Part shown: positions 42,452 through 52,720 of the stretch, piece after piece
Layout of the letters: every line of letters begins with the position of its first letter
Numbering within the stretch: the first letter of the stretch is position 1
Made by a program: the position numbers and the translations under genes
Assembly: GCA_044229975.1 (NCBI GenBank)
Contig: JBGARZ010000017.1
Span: 32,001-96,000 of the forward strand
Direction: 5' to 3'
Source: Polyangiales bacterium
Lineage (GTDB): Bacteria > Myxococcota_A > Polyangia > Polyangiales > Ga0077539
DNA length: 64,000 bases
Notes under the pieces: model-generated
What the model was told of the DNA's origin: nothing
Seen by the model: only the letters and a program-made list of their open reading frames with translations
The model's database searches: none

Positions 42452-43111
42452 TCACACCTCCACGTCGGCGAAGGGGTCGGCGCTGTCGGCGCCCAGCACC
42501 GGGAGGCGCACCGTCCGCGGGCGGGCGTGCTCGTCCATGGCGGCGACCACGTCCACGATCACGTCGCGCGCGGCGCCCTTCGGGGCCATCACGTTCACCC
42601 GGGTGGTGATGGTCTGGTCGCCGAAGCGGAAGCGGTTGACCGGCGTGGACTGCGGGCGCAGCGCCAGCACCTGCTCGCGCGTCCCGAAGAAGAGCGCCTG
42701 GCTCGGGCAGACCGTCGCGCACATGGGCCGCTTGCCCGCCGAGGAGCGGTCGTAGCACATGTCGCACTTCATCATGATCTGCCGGTCGAGGTAGAGCTCG
42801 GGCACCCCGAAGGGGCACGCCACCACGCAGTTGCCGCACGCGATGCACCGCGGCTTGCGGGCGCTCTGCACCACCCCGTCGGCGGTGCGCTTGATGGCGT
42901 CGGCGGGGCAAACCTCCGCGCAGGTCGGCTGCTCGCAGTGCATGCAGACCACGGGCACCGTCTGCACGGAGCTCGCGCGATCGACGTACTCCAGGTGGAT
43001 CATCGATTCGCCGCGGTGGGTGTCGCACTCGCTGCACGCCTGCACGCAGGCCTGGCATCCGATGCAGCGGCTCGGGTCGATGAAGAACTCCAGGTGGGCG
43101 GGCACGGGCAT
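42452..43111 (-). CDS. 4Fe-4S dicluster ferredoxin subunit (DmsB/NrfC type)
   Basis: [42 protein letters not shown]...CATVCP. Confidence 0.93.
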   Translation of the reverse strand: MPVPAHLEFFIDPSRCIGCQACVQACSECDTHRGESMIHLEYVDRASSVQTVPVVCMHCEQPTCAEVCPADAIKRTADGVVQSARKPRCIACGNCVVACPFGVPELYLDRQIMMKCDMCYDRSSAGKRPMCATVCPSQALFFGTREQVLALRPQSTPVNRFRFGDQTITTRVNVMAPKGAARDVIVDVVAAMDEHARPRTVRLPVLGADSADPFADVEV

Positions 43112-43124
43112 GGGGCGTCTCCGG

Positions 43125-45392
43125 TCACTGCTGGGATTCGTGGGTGGCGGCGTAGGCGGGCGGCCCGGCGGCCTTGCGCACGCGGCAGCCGCAGACCTTG
43201 TACTGGGGGATCTTGCTGATCGGGTCCTGGGCGGCGACGGTGAGCCGGTTGGCGCTCTTCTCGCCGGGCCAGTGGTAGGGGACGAACACCGTGTCGGGGC
43301 GGATGGTGGTGACCACCATCGCGCGGAGGGTGACCTCGCCGCGGCGGGTCTCGCAGGTGGTCCAGTCGCCGTCGGCGATGCCGAGCTTGTCGGCGAGGCG
43401 CGGGTGCAGCTCGATGCAGGGCTCGGGGTACTGCTTCACCAGCGGGCCAATGCGCCGCGTCTGCGTGCCCGACAGGAACTGGCTCACCACCCGGCCCGTC
43501 GTGAGGAACAGCGGGTACTCCTCGGAGGCGTCGTCGACCGGGGCGCGGTAGTCGGCCACGTTGAAGCGCGCGCGCCCGTCGGGGAAGTAGAAGGGCCCCG
43601 TGCCCTTGGCGACGGGGTTGTAGCTCCCGGGCTCAAAGAGCCTCGGGGTGCCCGGGTGCTCGGGCGTCGGCGCGCCGGTCTGCGGGTCGTGGCTGTAGCA
43701 GGGCCAGAACACGCCCATCTGTCGCTCGATCTTCTCGTAGGTGATGCCCGAGTAGTCGGCGACGCCGCCCTTGCTGGCCACCCGCAGCTCCTCAAAGATC
43801 TCCCCCGCGCTCGCGAAGGTGAACCCGTGCGGGCGCTCGAGGGCGCGGGCGAGATCCTGGATGATCTCCCAGTCGCGCTTCGCCTCGCCTGGGCACTCGA
43901 CGGCCCGGTTGATCTTGATGACCCGCCCCTCGACCTGGGTGACCGTGCCCTCGTCCTCCTCCTGGAGGCTCCCCGGCAGGACGAGGTTGGCGTGGCGGGC
44001 CGAGTCGTTGAGGAAGAAGTCGATCGCCACGTAGAACTCGAGCTTCTCCAGCGCGCGCGCGATGAACCCGTTGTCGGGCAGCGAGATCTTGGGGTTGAAG
44101 CAGATCGATATCAGCCCCTTGATCTCCCCCGCGTCGATCTTCCGGAACATCTCGTAGGCGTCGACGCCGGGCCCCGGGATGGACGCCTCCTCGACGCCCC
44201 ACACCGACGCGACGTACTTGCGGTGCTCGGGGTTGGAGATGTCGCGCCAGCCCGGGAGCTGGTCGCACTTCTGCCCGTGCTCGCGCCCCCCCTGCCCGTT
44301 GGCCTGGCCGACGATGGTGCCGTAGCCGCACTTGGGCTTGCCGATGCGCCCAGAGGCCAGCACGAGGTTGATGCTCCCGAGGGAGTTCTGCACCCCGTTG
44401 GAGTGGTGCTCGATGCCGCGCGCGTGGAAGAGGAAGCTCGACTTCGCCGTCCCCCACAGCTCCGCCGCGGCGCGGAGCGAGCGCTCGGGAACGCCCGTCA
44501 CCTCCGCGGTGCGCGCGGGCGTCCACTGCGCGCAGTACTCCTCCACCTTGTCGAAGCCGACGGTGTGGGCGTCGATGAAGTCCCGGTCGATCCACCCCCT
44601 CTCGATCATCAGGTGGAGCACGCCCGCGAAGAGCGCGGCGTCGCGCCCGGGGCGCACTGGGAGGTAGAGGTCGCAGGTGCGCGCGACGGGGGTGATGCGC
44701 GGGTCCTGCACAATGACCTTCGCGCCCATCTCGCGGGCCTGCCAGATGTAGTTGGTGGTGATGGGCGAACACTCGGCGACGTTCGACCCGGCGACCCAGA
44801 TCACCTCCGTGCCGACCATGTCCGACCAGGGGTTGGTGGTGCGGTCGACGCCGAAGGCCTTCTTGTTGGCGGCCCCCGCGCTCACCATGCAGAGCCGCCC
44901 ATTGTAGTCGATGAAGGGGGTCTTCAAGCACACGCGCGCGAACTTGCCGAGGAGGTAGGTCTTCTCGGTGGTGAGGCTCGCCCCCCCGAGTACGCCCACG
45001 GCGCCCGGGCCGTGCTCCTTCTGGAGCCGCCCGATCTCGCGCGCGGCGAGCGCGATGGCCTCGGCATACGGCATCGGGCGAAACCCGCCGGACGCCGAGG
45101 GGTCGCGCCGCACGGCAGTGAGCAGCCGGTCGGGGTGCGAGCCCTGGAGGTAGCGCTTGACCCCTTTGGGGCAGAGCATCCCGCGGTTGAAGGGGAACTC
45201 CTCCCAGGGCTCGAAGCCGACGACCTCGTTGCCGCGCACCTTCAACTGGATGCCGCACTGCTGCCCGCAGAAGCAGCAGTGGGTCTTCACCAGCTTGTCG
45301 GGCTCGCCGCTCTCGGGTCCGCGGACGGACGCCGACAGGTGCGGCCCGAAGGCGCGGGTGATCTCGAGGTCGTCGACGGGGAGGGTGGCCAT
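43125..45392 (-). CDS. Molybdopterin oxidoreductase catalytic subunit (NasA/NapA/FDH-like, no Tat leader)
   Basis: [10 protein letters not shown]...[36 protein letters not shown]. Confidence 0.92.
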   Translation of the reverse strand: MATLPVDDLEITRAFGPHLSASVRGPESGEPDKLVKTHCCFCGQQCGIQLKVRGNEVVGFEPWEEFPFNRGMLCPKGVKRYLQGSHPDRLLTAVRRDPSASGGFRPMPYAEAIALAAREIGRLQKEHGPGAVGVLGGASLTTEKTYLLGKFARVCLKTPFIDYNGRLCMVSAGAANKKAFGVDRTTNPWSDMVGTEVIWVAGSNVAECSPITTNYIWQAREMGAKVIVQDPRITPVARTCDLYLPVRPGRDAALFAGVLHLMIERGWIDRDFIDAHTVGFDKVEEYCAQWTPARTAEVTGVPERSLRAAAELWGTAKSSFLFHARGIEHHSNGVQNSLGSINLVLASGRIGKPKCGYGTIVGQANGQGGREHGQKCDQLPGWRDISNPEHRKYVASVWGVEEASIPGPGVDAYEMFRKIDAGEIKGLISICFNPKISLPDNGFIARALEKLEFYVAIDFFLNDSARHANLVLPGSLQEEDEGTVTQVEGRVIKINRAVECPGEAKRDWEIIQDLARALERPHGFTFASAGEIFEELRVASKGGVADYSGITYEKIERQMGVFWPCYSHDPQTGAPTPEHPGTPRLFEPGSYNPVAKGTGPFYFPDGRARFNVADYRAPVDDASEEYPLFLTTGRVVSQFLSGTQTRRIGPLVKQYPEPCIELHPRLADKLGIADGDWTTCETRRGEVTLRAMVVTTIRPDTVFVPYHWPGEKSANRLTVAAQDPISKIPQYKVCGCRVRKAAGPPAYAATHESQQ

Positions 45393-45396
45393 GCGG

Positions 45397-46464
45397 CTAA
45401 GGGCTCACTTTCGGTGTGGACCAGAGGGCGCCCTGTGCGAGCCCGAAGAGGGCGCGTCGGCACTTGGGGCAGACCTGCTGGTAGTGCTTCCCCTCGCCGC
45501 GGGCCGTGAGCTCGTAGCGGAACCCGAGCTCGCGCTCGACGGTGACGAGGTCGCGCACCATCGCGGCCGATGCGTACGGGGCGTCGCAGCGCGCGCAGCG
45601 GGCCTGCTCGCTCCGGTTGCCGGCGTCCTTGTAGAAGCTGACCCCCAGCTGCGCGGGGCGCTGGAAGACGTGGAAGAGCTTGCCGAAGGGCAGCCAGAGC
45701 AACGTGAGGATCACTACCGCGGCGTGCAGGATGGCGAGGAAGGGGTACGCGTAGCCGCGCATCCACGTGTAGCTCACGGTGAGCATCAGCCCCGTGACGC
45801 TGACGGCGAGGAGCAGCACCAGAGGGAGGATATCCTCGCCGAACTGCTGCACCGCCGCGGCGCCGTGGTCGATCATGCGCCGGCGGAACGCGAGCATCAC
45901 CCCGACGATGACGAGAAGCGACGACCAGACGAGCCCGTGGAAGAGCACGAACCCGACGAGCGAGCGCACCGGGAACTCCCCCGCGGCGACGCCGAAGACG
46001 AAGGCGCGGTAGGTATCGAGCTGCCCCGGGACGGTCTCGAAATGGATCCAGCCCCAGACGAGCGGGAAGGTGATCGCGGCGGCCAGGAGGCAGCCCCACA
46101 TGATGGCCCAGTGGGCCAGGCCCCGGAGGGATCCGCGCCGGAAGATGAAGCGGTTGGCGGCGAACTCCAGCAGGGCGCGCCGCCCGAGCTCGGCGAGGTT
46201 GGTGCCGAGGAAGCGCGGCGTGAAGAAGACCTGCCACCCGCGGCGCCAGTACATCCGCGTCGGCGGCCGCTGGAGCCACATGGTGTAGCGCCAGGTAATG
46301 CCGAAGGTCGCGAACAGCGTCGCGAAGGTGTAGCCCACCAGCGCGGCGTCGAAGTGCGCGAGGTTGCGCGAACCGAGCACGATAAACGCAGCGAGCGTTG
46401 TGGTGAAGGTCGTCGCCCACGTGAAGGCCTTGAGTCGAGGCTTGTCTCGCGCCACGTCAGCCAC
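45397..46464 (-). CDS. NarI-like membrane (cytochrome b-type) subunit with C-terminal CxxC...CxxC
   Basis: Several TMs with His ([29 protein letters not shown]); CARC and CPKC. Confidence 0.75.
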   Translation of the reverse strand: MADVARDKPRLKAFTWATTFTTTLAAFIVLGSRNLAHFDAALVGYTFATLFATFGITWRYTMWLQRPPTRMYWRRGWQVFFTPRFLGTNLAELGRRALLEFAANRFIFRRGSLRGLAHWAIMWGCLLAAAITFPLVWGWIHFETVPGQLDTYRAFVFGVAAGEFPVRSLVGFVLFHGLVWSSLLVIVGVMLAFRRRMIDHGAAAVQQFGEDILPLVLLLAVSVTGLMLTVSYTWMRGYAYPFLAILHAAVVILTLLWLPFGKLFHVFQRPAQLGVSFYKDAGNRSEQARCARCDAPYASAAMVRDLVTVERELGFRYELTARGEGKHYQQVCPKCRRALFGLAQGALWSTPKVSP

Positions 46465-46735
46465 CGTGGGTGGTTCTTACAGCCCCTGCCGCCGGGGCGG
46501 AAGCCTCCGCATCGTCGATCCTCGCGGGGTCGCCCGGCGGTCTGCACAGCACCGCGCCCCGCCGCCCGCCGGACGGCAACAGGAATCCCACGCACCCCGG
46601 GCAGACCGCGCAGACCGCGACGAACGTCGTGCCGACGTAGCGATCGCAGTCCACCGTCAGTCGGCGCACCACGGTCCCTTCCACGGTGACCATCTCCTGC
46701 ACCCCGATGTCACGCTCGACGAGGTCCGCCATCAT
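46457..46735 (-). CDS. Small stand-alone four-cysteine domain protein
   Basis: GGAG SD; ungapped homology to the N-terminus of the 20409 CBS protein; overlaps start of the next gene. Confidence 0.7.
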   Translation of the reverse strand: MMADLVERDIGVQEMVTVEGTVVRRLTVDCDRYVGTTFVAVCAVCPGCVGFLLPSGGRRGAVLCRPPGDPARIDDAEASAPAAGAVRTTHGG

Positions 46736-46786
46736 GTTCTTTGCTCCAGCGCGGACCCTGATTGTGGTGCCGCCGAGCAGCCACAG

Positions 46787-46802
46787 AGCAGTCCACGTGC
46801 CA
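46787..46802 (-). promoter_or_regulatory. Putative sigma54 -24/-12 promoter of the molybdoenzyme operon
   Basis: TGGCACGTGGACTGCT. Confidence 0.7.
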
Positions 46803-46843
46803 TCACCCTCGCCCCTCCGTACAAGTTCGGAGCGCTCAGTCCG

Positions 46844-47252
46844 ATGCGCCTTGACGGGTTCGTGTCCTTAGAGTCGCGATCCGAGACGAAGCACCGCATC
46901 CTTCTGGTGGAGGACGACGCGGGCACCGCGCGGACGCACTCGCGCCTCCTGGGCGAGGACGGCTACGAGGTGGAGGTCGCCTCCGACAGCGCCGAGGCGT
47001 TGGACCGCCTCGACCGCGCGCCCGCCCCGGACGTCCTCATCTCCGACTTCCTGCTGCCGCACGCCGACGGCCTCGCGGTGGCAAGCCACGCCCGCGCGCG
47101 CCGACCGGCGCTCCCGGTGGTCATGGTCACCAGCTCCGCGGAGGTGCTCGCGCGCCTCGACCGCCGGCTCGATCCCCCCGCGGTGATGCTGGCCAAGCTG
47201 CTCGACTACGCGGCACTGACGCGCGCTCGAAGCGCTGCTCGCGCCGACGTAG
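46844..47252 (+). CDS. Single-domain response regulator; probable frameshift near the 3' end
   Basis: ILLVEDD, ISDFLLP, VMVTS, LAK; restoring 2 nt in the GCGCGC run at about 47221 gives TRALEALLAPT* (TAG 47250). Confidence 0.7.
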
Positions 47253-47253
47253 T

Positions 47254-47694
47254 TCAGGCGGAGGGGGCGGGCTGCGGGCGCACGACGAGCGCGCTCCGAT
47301 CGAGGTGGGTGACCACGCGACTCGCGGTGGTGCCGAGCAGGCCGTCGAGCGTGCGGTGGCCGTGGGCGCCGATCACCACCAGCGCCGCGTTCTCGTGGAG
47401 CGCGACGTCGCAGATCACCCGCCACGCCGCGCCGTACTCCACGCGCACCGTGGCGTTGACGTCCGCCGGGAGCAGCGCGCGCAGCCCTTCGAGCTCGGAG
47501 CGGGCGCTGCGCTCGATGAGCTGGGCGACCTGGTCAGGCGCCATGGCGTAGGCCTCCAGCGGCAACTCGGAGGGGATGCCGAGGGCGCGCAGGAGGACGA
47601 GGTCGGCGCTGCGCCAGCGAGCCTCCTCGACGGCCGCGGCGAGCACGGCGGGGGCGATCGGGGTCGAATCCACGGGGACAAGGATCTTCGTCAT
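47254..47694 (-). CDS. Universal stress protein
   Basis: KILVPVD, VVIGAHG...LLGTTASRVV. Confidence 0.92.
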   Translation of the reverse strand: MTKILVPVDSTPIAPAVLAAAVEEARWRSADLVLLRALGIPSELPLEAYAMAPDQVAQLIERSARSELEGLRALLPADVNATVRVEYGAAWRVICDVALHENAALVVIGAHGHRTLDGLLGTTASRVVTHLDRSALVVRPQPAPSA

Positions 47695-47719
47695 GGGGAA
47701 TGCTCCTTCACGACGCGCC

Positions 47720-48130
47720 TCAGCGCGCCTCGGCCTGGATCTCGGTGAGCTCCTCAGCCGCGACGCCGCGCCACCGGTAGAGCGTCTCCTCCTCGTGGCG
47801 TCCGTGCGCTCGCAGGTGAGAGAGAAGGCGGTTCATCGCGTCTTCGCGCACGGTGTGCAGCTCGATGGCAATGCCGACGTCGGAGAGGGCGTCCCGAATC
47901 TGCGCGTGCTCGGCCTGGATCCGGCGCGCCGCGTCCGGGGCGATCAGCTCGAAGCGCGGCAGGAGCTGGAGCTCCTCGAAGTCCATGTGCGCGCGGAGCC
48001 TCGTCTCCAGCGGGCCCCAGGCCTCGTCGATAGCGGCCGTGTCGCCGCAATGGACGCGGTTGGCGAGGTCTTCGTAGAGCGCGTCGAGGTCCTTGTGTTC
48101 GTGAGTGAGGCGTTCTCCCAGCGTCGTCAT
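47720..48130 (-). CDS. Hemerythrin-domain protein
   Basis: EH, HMDFEE, EH, HGRHEEETLY; GGAG SD before ATG 48130. Confidence 0.85.
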   Translation of the reverse strand: MTTLGERLTHEHKDLDALYEDLANRVHCGDTAAIDEAWGPLETRLRAHMDFEELQLLPRFELIAPDAARRIQAEHAQIRDALSDVGIAIELHTVREDAMNRLLSHLRAHGRHEEETLYRWRGVAAEELTEIQAEAR

Positions 48131-48157
48131 CGCATTCTCCGTTCGACCGGGGCGTAG

Positions 48158-48173
48158 AGCAGTCGACGTGCCA
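48158..48173 (-). promoter_or_regulatory. Putative sigma54 -24/-12 promoter
   Basis: TGGCACGTCGACTGCT. Confidence 0.72.
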
Positions 48174-48213
48174 CCGCGGCCCGCGGCCGAATGGATGCCG
48201 GGACGGTCGCTTC

Positions 48214-48248
48214 GCGCAGACGCTGCGCCCCACGCGCAAGGCGTGCGA
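48214..48248. promoter_or_regulatory. Tandem enhancer sites (GCGCA-N5-TGCGC)
   Basis: GCGCAgacgcTGCGC and GCGCAaggcgTGCGA, 20 bp apart, between divergent sigma54 promoters. Confidence 0.7.
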
Positions 48249-48288
48249 GCGCCGCGCCCGGCGACGGCGGTGGCTTCGGATCGACAAA

Positions 48289-48304
48289 CGGCACGCCCCG
48301 TGCG
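48289..48304 (+). promoter_or_regulatory. Putative sigma54 -24/-12 promoter
   Basis: CGGCACGCCCCGTGCG. Confidence 0.62.
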
Positions 48305-48362
48305 AACGCGTCTGGCCTTTGGTCCCGCGGTGTCGCGCGGGCGGTCGCGACGAGGAACAACG

Positions 48363-49007
48363 ATGTCCCATGCGAGGCAACCGATCGGGTCCCAGGCGCC
48401 TCTGCCGACCTTCCTCCGCGCGGCCTTCGACGAGGCCTCGCTGGAGGAGAGCCGGTCGACGCTCGTGGCCGTGGCGCCGACGGGCGAGATCCTCTGGGTG
48501 AACTGCGCGTGGTGGGACTTCGCGCGCGCCAACGGCGGCGACGAGGTGCCCACGCGGTTCGGCGTGGGCGCATCGTACTTCGACGGGATCGCGCCGCCCC
48601 TGCGCGCCTACTACGAGGAAGCACTAGCGGGCGCCCTGCGCGCCGCCGAGCCCTTCGAGCAGGACTACGAGTGCTCCTCACCGGACGTCTTCCGGCTCCA
48701 CCACCTGAGGGCGCTCCCCTTCGGATGGGACGGGCTGCTGCTCGAGCACAGCCTCGTGCTGGAGCGCGAGCACGGCGACGACGGCGATCTGCGCGACGAG
48801 GGCGGGATCGTTCGACAGTGCTCCAACTGCCGCCGGGTCGAGCGCCCGTCGGACGGGTCGTGGGTGCACGTACGATCCCAGATGGTCGCCCCGCGCCCGA
48901 ATGTCAGCCACGGCATCTGCCCCCTGTGCGTCGGCTTCTACTGGGGCGTCCTGCTGAACGACGAGCCGCCGACGCCCGTTGGCCCGGAAGAGGGGACGCA
49001 GGGATGA
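48363..49007 (+). CDS. PAS-like protein with C-terminal CxxC...HGICxxC metal-binding motif
   Basis: GAGG SD; GEILWVNCAWWDFA, YECSSP, QCSNCRRV...SHGICPLC. Confidence 0.75.
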   Translation: MSHARQPIGSQAPLPTFLRAAFDEASLEESRSTLVAVAPTGEILWVNCAWWDFARANGGDEVPTRFGVGASYFDGIAPPLRAYYEEALAGALRAAEPFEQDYECSSPDVFRLHHLRALPFGWDGLLLEHSLVLEREHGDDGDLRDEGGIVRQCSNCRRVERPSDGSWVHVRSQMVAPRPNVSHGICPLCVGFYWGVLLNDEPPTPVGPEEGTQG

Positions 49008-49353
49008 AGATCCTGGTGGTCGACGACGATGTCTCACATTCAAGGTGGTGACCCTCCTGCTGCGCCAGGAGGGCCACGAGGTCGACGCCTGCACGTGCGG
49101 GGAGGACGCCCTGACGCGGCTGCGGTCCGCGCAACACGAGGTGCTCCTGACCGACCTGGTCATGCCCGGCATGAGCGGCATCGAGCTCGTGCGGCGGGCC
49201 CGCGAGCACGACGGCGCGTTGCGCTGCGCGATCCTCAGCGGCCACGAGGACGGCGGTGCGGGCGCGGCGGTGCGGCTGCGCAAGCCACTGGACTTCGAGG
49301 CGTTGATCGCGACCCTCGACGCGTGGCAGAGGGAGGGCGTCGCGGTGCGGTGA
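49004..49353 (+). pseudogene. Single-domain response regulator with frameshift near codon 10
   Basis: MKILVVDDD in one frame (stop 49051); LLRQEGHEV...TDLVMPGMSG...KPLD continues in another frame. Confidence 0.75.
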
Positions 49354-49381
49354 GTGACGGCGCGCCCTACCCGAAGGTGTT

Positions 49382-49894
49382 CTACGCGCACTCCGTGGCC
49401 CCGGCGTCGGGCGCACACTCGGCGTCGGGCTCCAAGCGCGCGAGGAGCGCGGACAGGCGCAGACCGGTGTGGACTAGCGCGTCCTGGAGCATCGTCTCGA
49501 TGTCGTGGTCGACCGCGTAGACGTGAGGGTCTGCCGGGTCGTCGTCCGAGGCTGCGACCATGAGGACCCACGTACCAGAGTTGGCGCTGCCGACCTCGAT
49601 CAGCGGCGTCGGGGATTGGTCGAGCACGGGATCGAGGGTGTCTTCGAGGCTACGGCCCGGCCCGAACCGCACCCACTGCCCGGCTTGGAGGAAAGGCGCC
49701 GCCGGGTCCCGGACGCGGAGGGTTCGTTCGCCCCAGGCGAAGCCCGCGAGGAGCGACCACAGGGTGGATCCGGGCGTGAGGGACCCCGGCGTCGACCACA
49801 GCGCGCCGACGGGCCCCGGGTCCCGTCGGCGAATTCCCAGGCGGGCGGCCTCTCGCGCGACCGGAGGTTGCAGGCGTTCCACGCCCGGCATCAT
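49382..49894 (-). CDS. Hypothetical protein, SUKH/SMI1-KNR4-like C-terminus
   Basis: LIEVG...WVLMV...DPADPHVYAVDHD...LSALLARLE. Confidence 0.45.
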   Translation of the reverse strand: MMPGVERLQPPVAREAARLGIRRRDPGPVGALWSTPGSLTPGSTLWSLLAGFAWGERTLRVRDPAAPFLQAGQWVRFGPGRSLEDTLDPVLDQSPTPLIEVGSANSGTWVLMVAASDDDPADPHVYAVDHDIETMLQDALVHTGLRLSALLARLEPDAECAPDAGATECA

Positions 49895-49944
49895 CGCCGG
49901 GCGTACGTGGGATGACCATCGGGCCCCCAACCCGAAGCCGACGC

Positions 49945-50571
49945 TCAATAGGAGATGGAGACCCCGCGGCGGATCAGTGTCCGGTCGTCGACCTGCCTGA
50001 GCATGAAGTCGGCAAGGTCGGCCCGGGCGACGCGGGCCAACGCGCCAAGATGAATGGTCTCTCCGACCCGCCAGCTCCCGCGCGGCGCGCCGTCGGTGAG
50101 GCGCGGCGGGTGCACGAGCGTCCAGTCCAGGTCGCTCGCCGTCACCAGCGTCTCCTGGAGGCGCCGGTCGGCCAGCGAAGCCTGTGGGATGGCGGCGCGC
50201 AGGGTGCGGTAGAGCCAGCCGAGCCCTTCGGTGGGGTGGCCGATCATCGCGCCCGTGACGATCACCAGCCGGGGGACGTGCTCGCTCTTCATCGCCGCGA
50301 TCAGGTGCTGCGTCCCCTCGGAACACAGCGTCGGCGGCGAACCCGTCGCCGGGCCCAACACGCAGAGGACGGCGTCCTGGCCCCTCACCGCGGGCGCGAG
50401 GGTCGCTGCTTGGAGGACGTTCCCCTCGGCGCGTACGACCTCGGCGGGGAAGAGATCTGGCGGCGCCCCTGGAGGGACGAGCGCGGTCACGCCGAGGCCG
50501 CGGGAAAGGGCGCTGGCGACGAGGTGACGACCGGTGCGGCCCGAGGCGCCAACGATCAGTACGCGGGTCAT
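49945..50571 (-). CDS. NAD(P)H-binding atypical SDR (flavin/biliverdin reductase-like)
   Basis: GASGRTG, GQDAV, DLDWTLVHPPRL, RADLADF. Confidence 0.88.
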   Translation of the reverse strand: MTRVLIVGASGRTGRHLVASALSRGLGVTALVPPGAPPDLFPAEVVRAEGNVLQAATLAPAVRGQDAVLCVLGPATGSPPTLCSEGTQHLIAAMKSEHVPRLVIVTGAMIGHPTEGLGWLYRTLRAAIPQASLADRRLQETLVTASDLDWTLVHPPRLTDGAPRGSWRVGETIHLGALARVARADLADFMLRQVDDRTLIRRGVSISY

Positions 50572-50588
50572 TGGAGGCTCCTACGGTT

Positions 50589-51326
50589 TCAGTGGCAGTG
50601 GCAGTGGGCGGGCGACATCGCGGGGACGGTCGGTTGCAGGAAGACGGCGGTCTGCTGGCAGACGGCGACCAGGCTCAGCACCCCCATCACGCCGAGCGCG
50701 AAGCCGATGGCGCGCCGCACTGGCGCCCGGCGCACCAGGGACGAAAGCACCCCGGCGGCGACGGACATGGCGAGCAGCATCGGCAGCGTCCCGAGCCCGA
50801 ACGCCATCATCGCGAGCGCGCCCGTGGTGGCCGACCCGGCGCTCAGCGCCAGCGCGAGCGCGGTGTACACGAGGCCACAGGGCAGCCACCCCCACAAGAC
50901 ACCTAGCGCTATCGCCTGGCGCGGCGAGCGCACCGGCAGCAGCGCCTGCGCGGCCGGTCGGAGGCGCTCCCAGAGCGGCGCGCCGAGCGCTTCGAGCCGG
51001 GCGAAGAGCGGCCACACGCCCGCGAGGTAGAGGCCCGCGCCCAGCATCAGCGCGCCTGCCACGGCCTTGAGTGCGAGCTGGGCTCCCGCGACGGGCCAGA
51101 GACCCTGGGCGACGGCGCCGAGCCCGCCCGCGAGGAGCCCGGCGAACGTGTACGACCCGATGCGGCCGAGGTTATAGGCCAGCAGGTAGGGGAGCGGCCG
51201 CGAGCGCGCCTCGGCCGGCAGGCCCGCGCAGAGGACGCCCACGACGCCGCCGCACATCAGCACGCAGTGGGTGCTGCCCGCGAGCCCGAGCGCGAAGGCA
51301 GCGACGATCGTCGCGTCGACCGTCAC
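50589..51326 (-). CDS. DsbD_2 / TauE-SafE-like membrane protein of cco clusters
   Basis: GSTHCVLMCGG, YNLGRIGSY, GWLPCGLVY, FGLGTLP. Confidence 0.88.
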   Translation of the reverse strand: MTVDATIVAAFALGLAGSTHCVLMCGGVVGVLCAGLPAEARSRPLPYLLAYNLGRIGSYTFAGLLAGGLGAVAQGLWPVAGAQLALKAVAGALMLGAGLYLAGVWPLFARLEALGAPLWERLRPAAQALLPVRSPRQAIALGVLWGWLPCGLVYTALALALSAGSATTGALAMMAFGLGTLPMLLAMSVAAGVLSSLVRRAPVRRAIGFALGVMGVLSLVAVCQQTAVFLQPTVPAMSPAHCHCH

Positions 51327-52705
51327 AGCACCACCCCCGGCCCGAGGCAGGGCGCTGTGAGCACGCGGGACGAACCGCCGCTCGCGCGCACCGTGATGGG
51401 CACGCCGAAGTCGCCCCGCCTCGACGCGCGCGGGACGCTCACGAACACCGGCACCGTGACCCCCTCCAACGGTCCGAGCACGACCTCGCGCAGCGGCGCG
51501 ACCACCTCCACGCCCGCGACGTTCGACGGCTCGATGCGCAGCGTGGCGCGCTCGCTGCGCTTGTTTACGAGGTGGATCTGGAAGGCGTTGCGGACGCGCC
51601 CCTCGACCAGCTCGTAGGGTGCGCCCGGCAGGCGCATGAGGTTGGCCTCAAAGTCCGCCCGCTCGCGCAGCGTGAGGCCCGCGACCAGGGCGCCGATCGC
51701 TCCGAGCGCGAGGTAGGCCGCGAGCCGGGGACGCCAGAGGCGACGGGTCTCGCCGTCGAGGCCGCGCACCGAGTCGTAGCGGATGAGCCCGCGCGGTCGG
51801 TGGAGCTTGTCCATGATCTCGTCGCACGCGTCGATGCAGGCCGTACAGCCGATACAATCGAGCTGTGTGCCGTGGCGGATGTCGATGCCCGTCGGGCACA
51901 CTACCACGCAGCGGTGGCAGTCGACGCAGTCGCCGTGGTTGGGTTCGGTGGCCTTGCCGCGGGGTTCGCCGCGGCGCGCGTCGTAGCCGACGGTGAGCGA
52001 GTCGGCGTCGGTGAGCGCGCCCTGGAGCCGGCCGTAGGGGCACACCCCCAGGCAGAGCTGCTCGCGGAAGTGCGCGAAGTTGGCGTAGAGCAGGGCCGCG
52101 ATGACGAAGGTCCAGGCGAAGGCTTCGGGGTGCGCGGCGGGCGCGGCGCGCACCATCGCGTAGAGGCGCGGCAGCGAGACGAAGTAGCTGATGAAGACGT
52201 GCGCGAGCAGCAGCGACACCACCGCGAAGAGCGCGTGCTTGGTCACCTTGCGGGCGAGCTTGCCCGCGTCCCAGGGCCCCTTGTCGCGGCGCACGCGGGC
52301 CTCGCGCGGACCCTCGATCGCCCGCTCGATGCGGCGGTAGACCCCTTCGAGGAACACCGTCTGCGGGCACGCCCAGCCGCACCACACCCGTCCCGCCACG
52401 GCGGTGAGCAGCAGCAGCGCGAAGCCCACGCCCGTGACGAGGAAGAATACCAGCGGCAGGTCTTGCGCGTTGAAGGCGGCGCCGAAGAGGAAGAAGCGCC
52501 GCGCCTCGATGTCGAGAAACACCGCCGGGTTTCCGCCTACCGACACCCACGGCAGCGCGGCGTACACCGCGATGAGCACGGCGAACACCACCCGGCGCGC
52601 GGTGGTGAAGCGCCCGTGGGTGTCCGCGGGGTAGACCCGCGCGTGCGAGCCATCGGCGCGCAGCGAACTCGGGGCGAGCACCGGGAGGTGGTGGCGGGCG
52701 GTCAT
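51323..52705 (-). CDS. ccoG: cbb3 oxidase accessory protein CcoG
   Basis: GRVWCGWACPQTV, FREQLCLGVCPYG, CVDCHRCVVVCP, CIGCTACIDAC. Confidence 0.93.
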   Translation of the reverse strand: MTARHHLPVLAPSSLRADGSHARVYPADTHGRFTTARRVVFAVLIAVYAALPWVSVGGNPAVFLDIEARRFFLFGAAFNAQDLPLVFFLVTGVGFALLLLTAVAGRVWCGWACPQTVFLEGVYRRIERAIEGPREARVRRDKGPWDAGKLARKVTKHALFAVVSLLLAHVFISYFVSLPRLYAMVRAAPAAHPEAFAWTFVIAALLYANFAHFREQLCLGVCPYGRLQGALTDADSLTVGYDARRGEPRGKATEPNHGDCVDCHRCVVVCPTGIDIRHGTQLDCIGCTACIDACDEIMDKLHRPRGLIRYDSVRGLDGETRRLWRPRLAAYLALGAIGALVAGLTLRERADFEANLMRLPGAPYELVEGRVRNAFQIHLVNKRSERATLRIEPSNVAGVEVVAPLREVVLGPLEGVTVPVFVSVPRASRRGDFGVPITVRASGGSSRVLTAPCLGPGVVL

Positions 52706-52720
52706 CGGTCTGGGTCTCCT

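Noticed and set aside
46364..47551. 395-aa ORF as a single long protein
   Set aside because: Only 46844-47252 encodes a receiver domain; the flanks overlap real opposite-strand genes.
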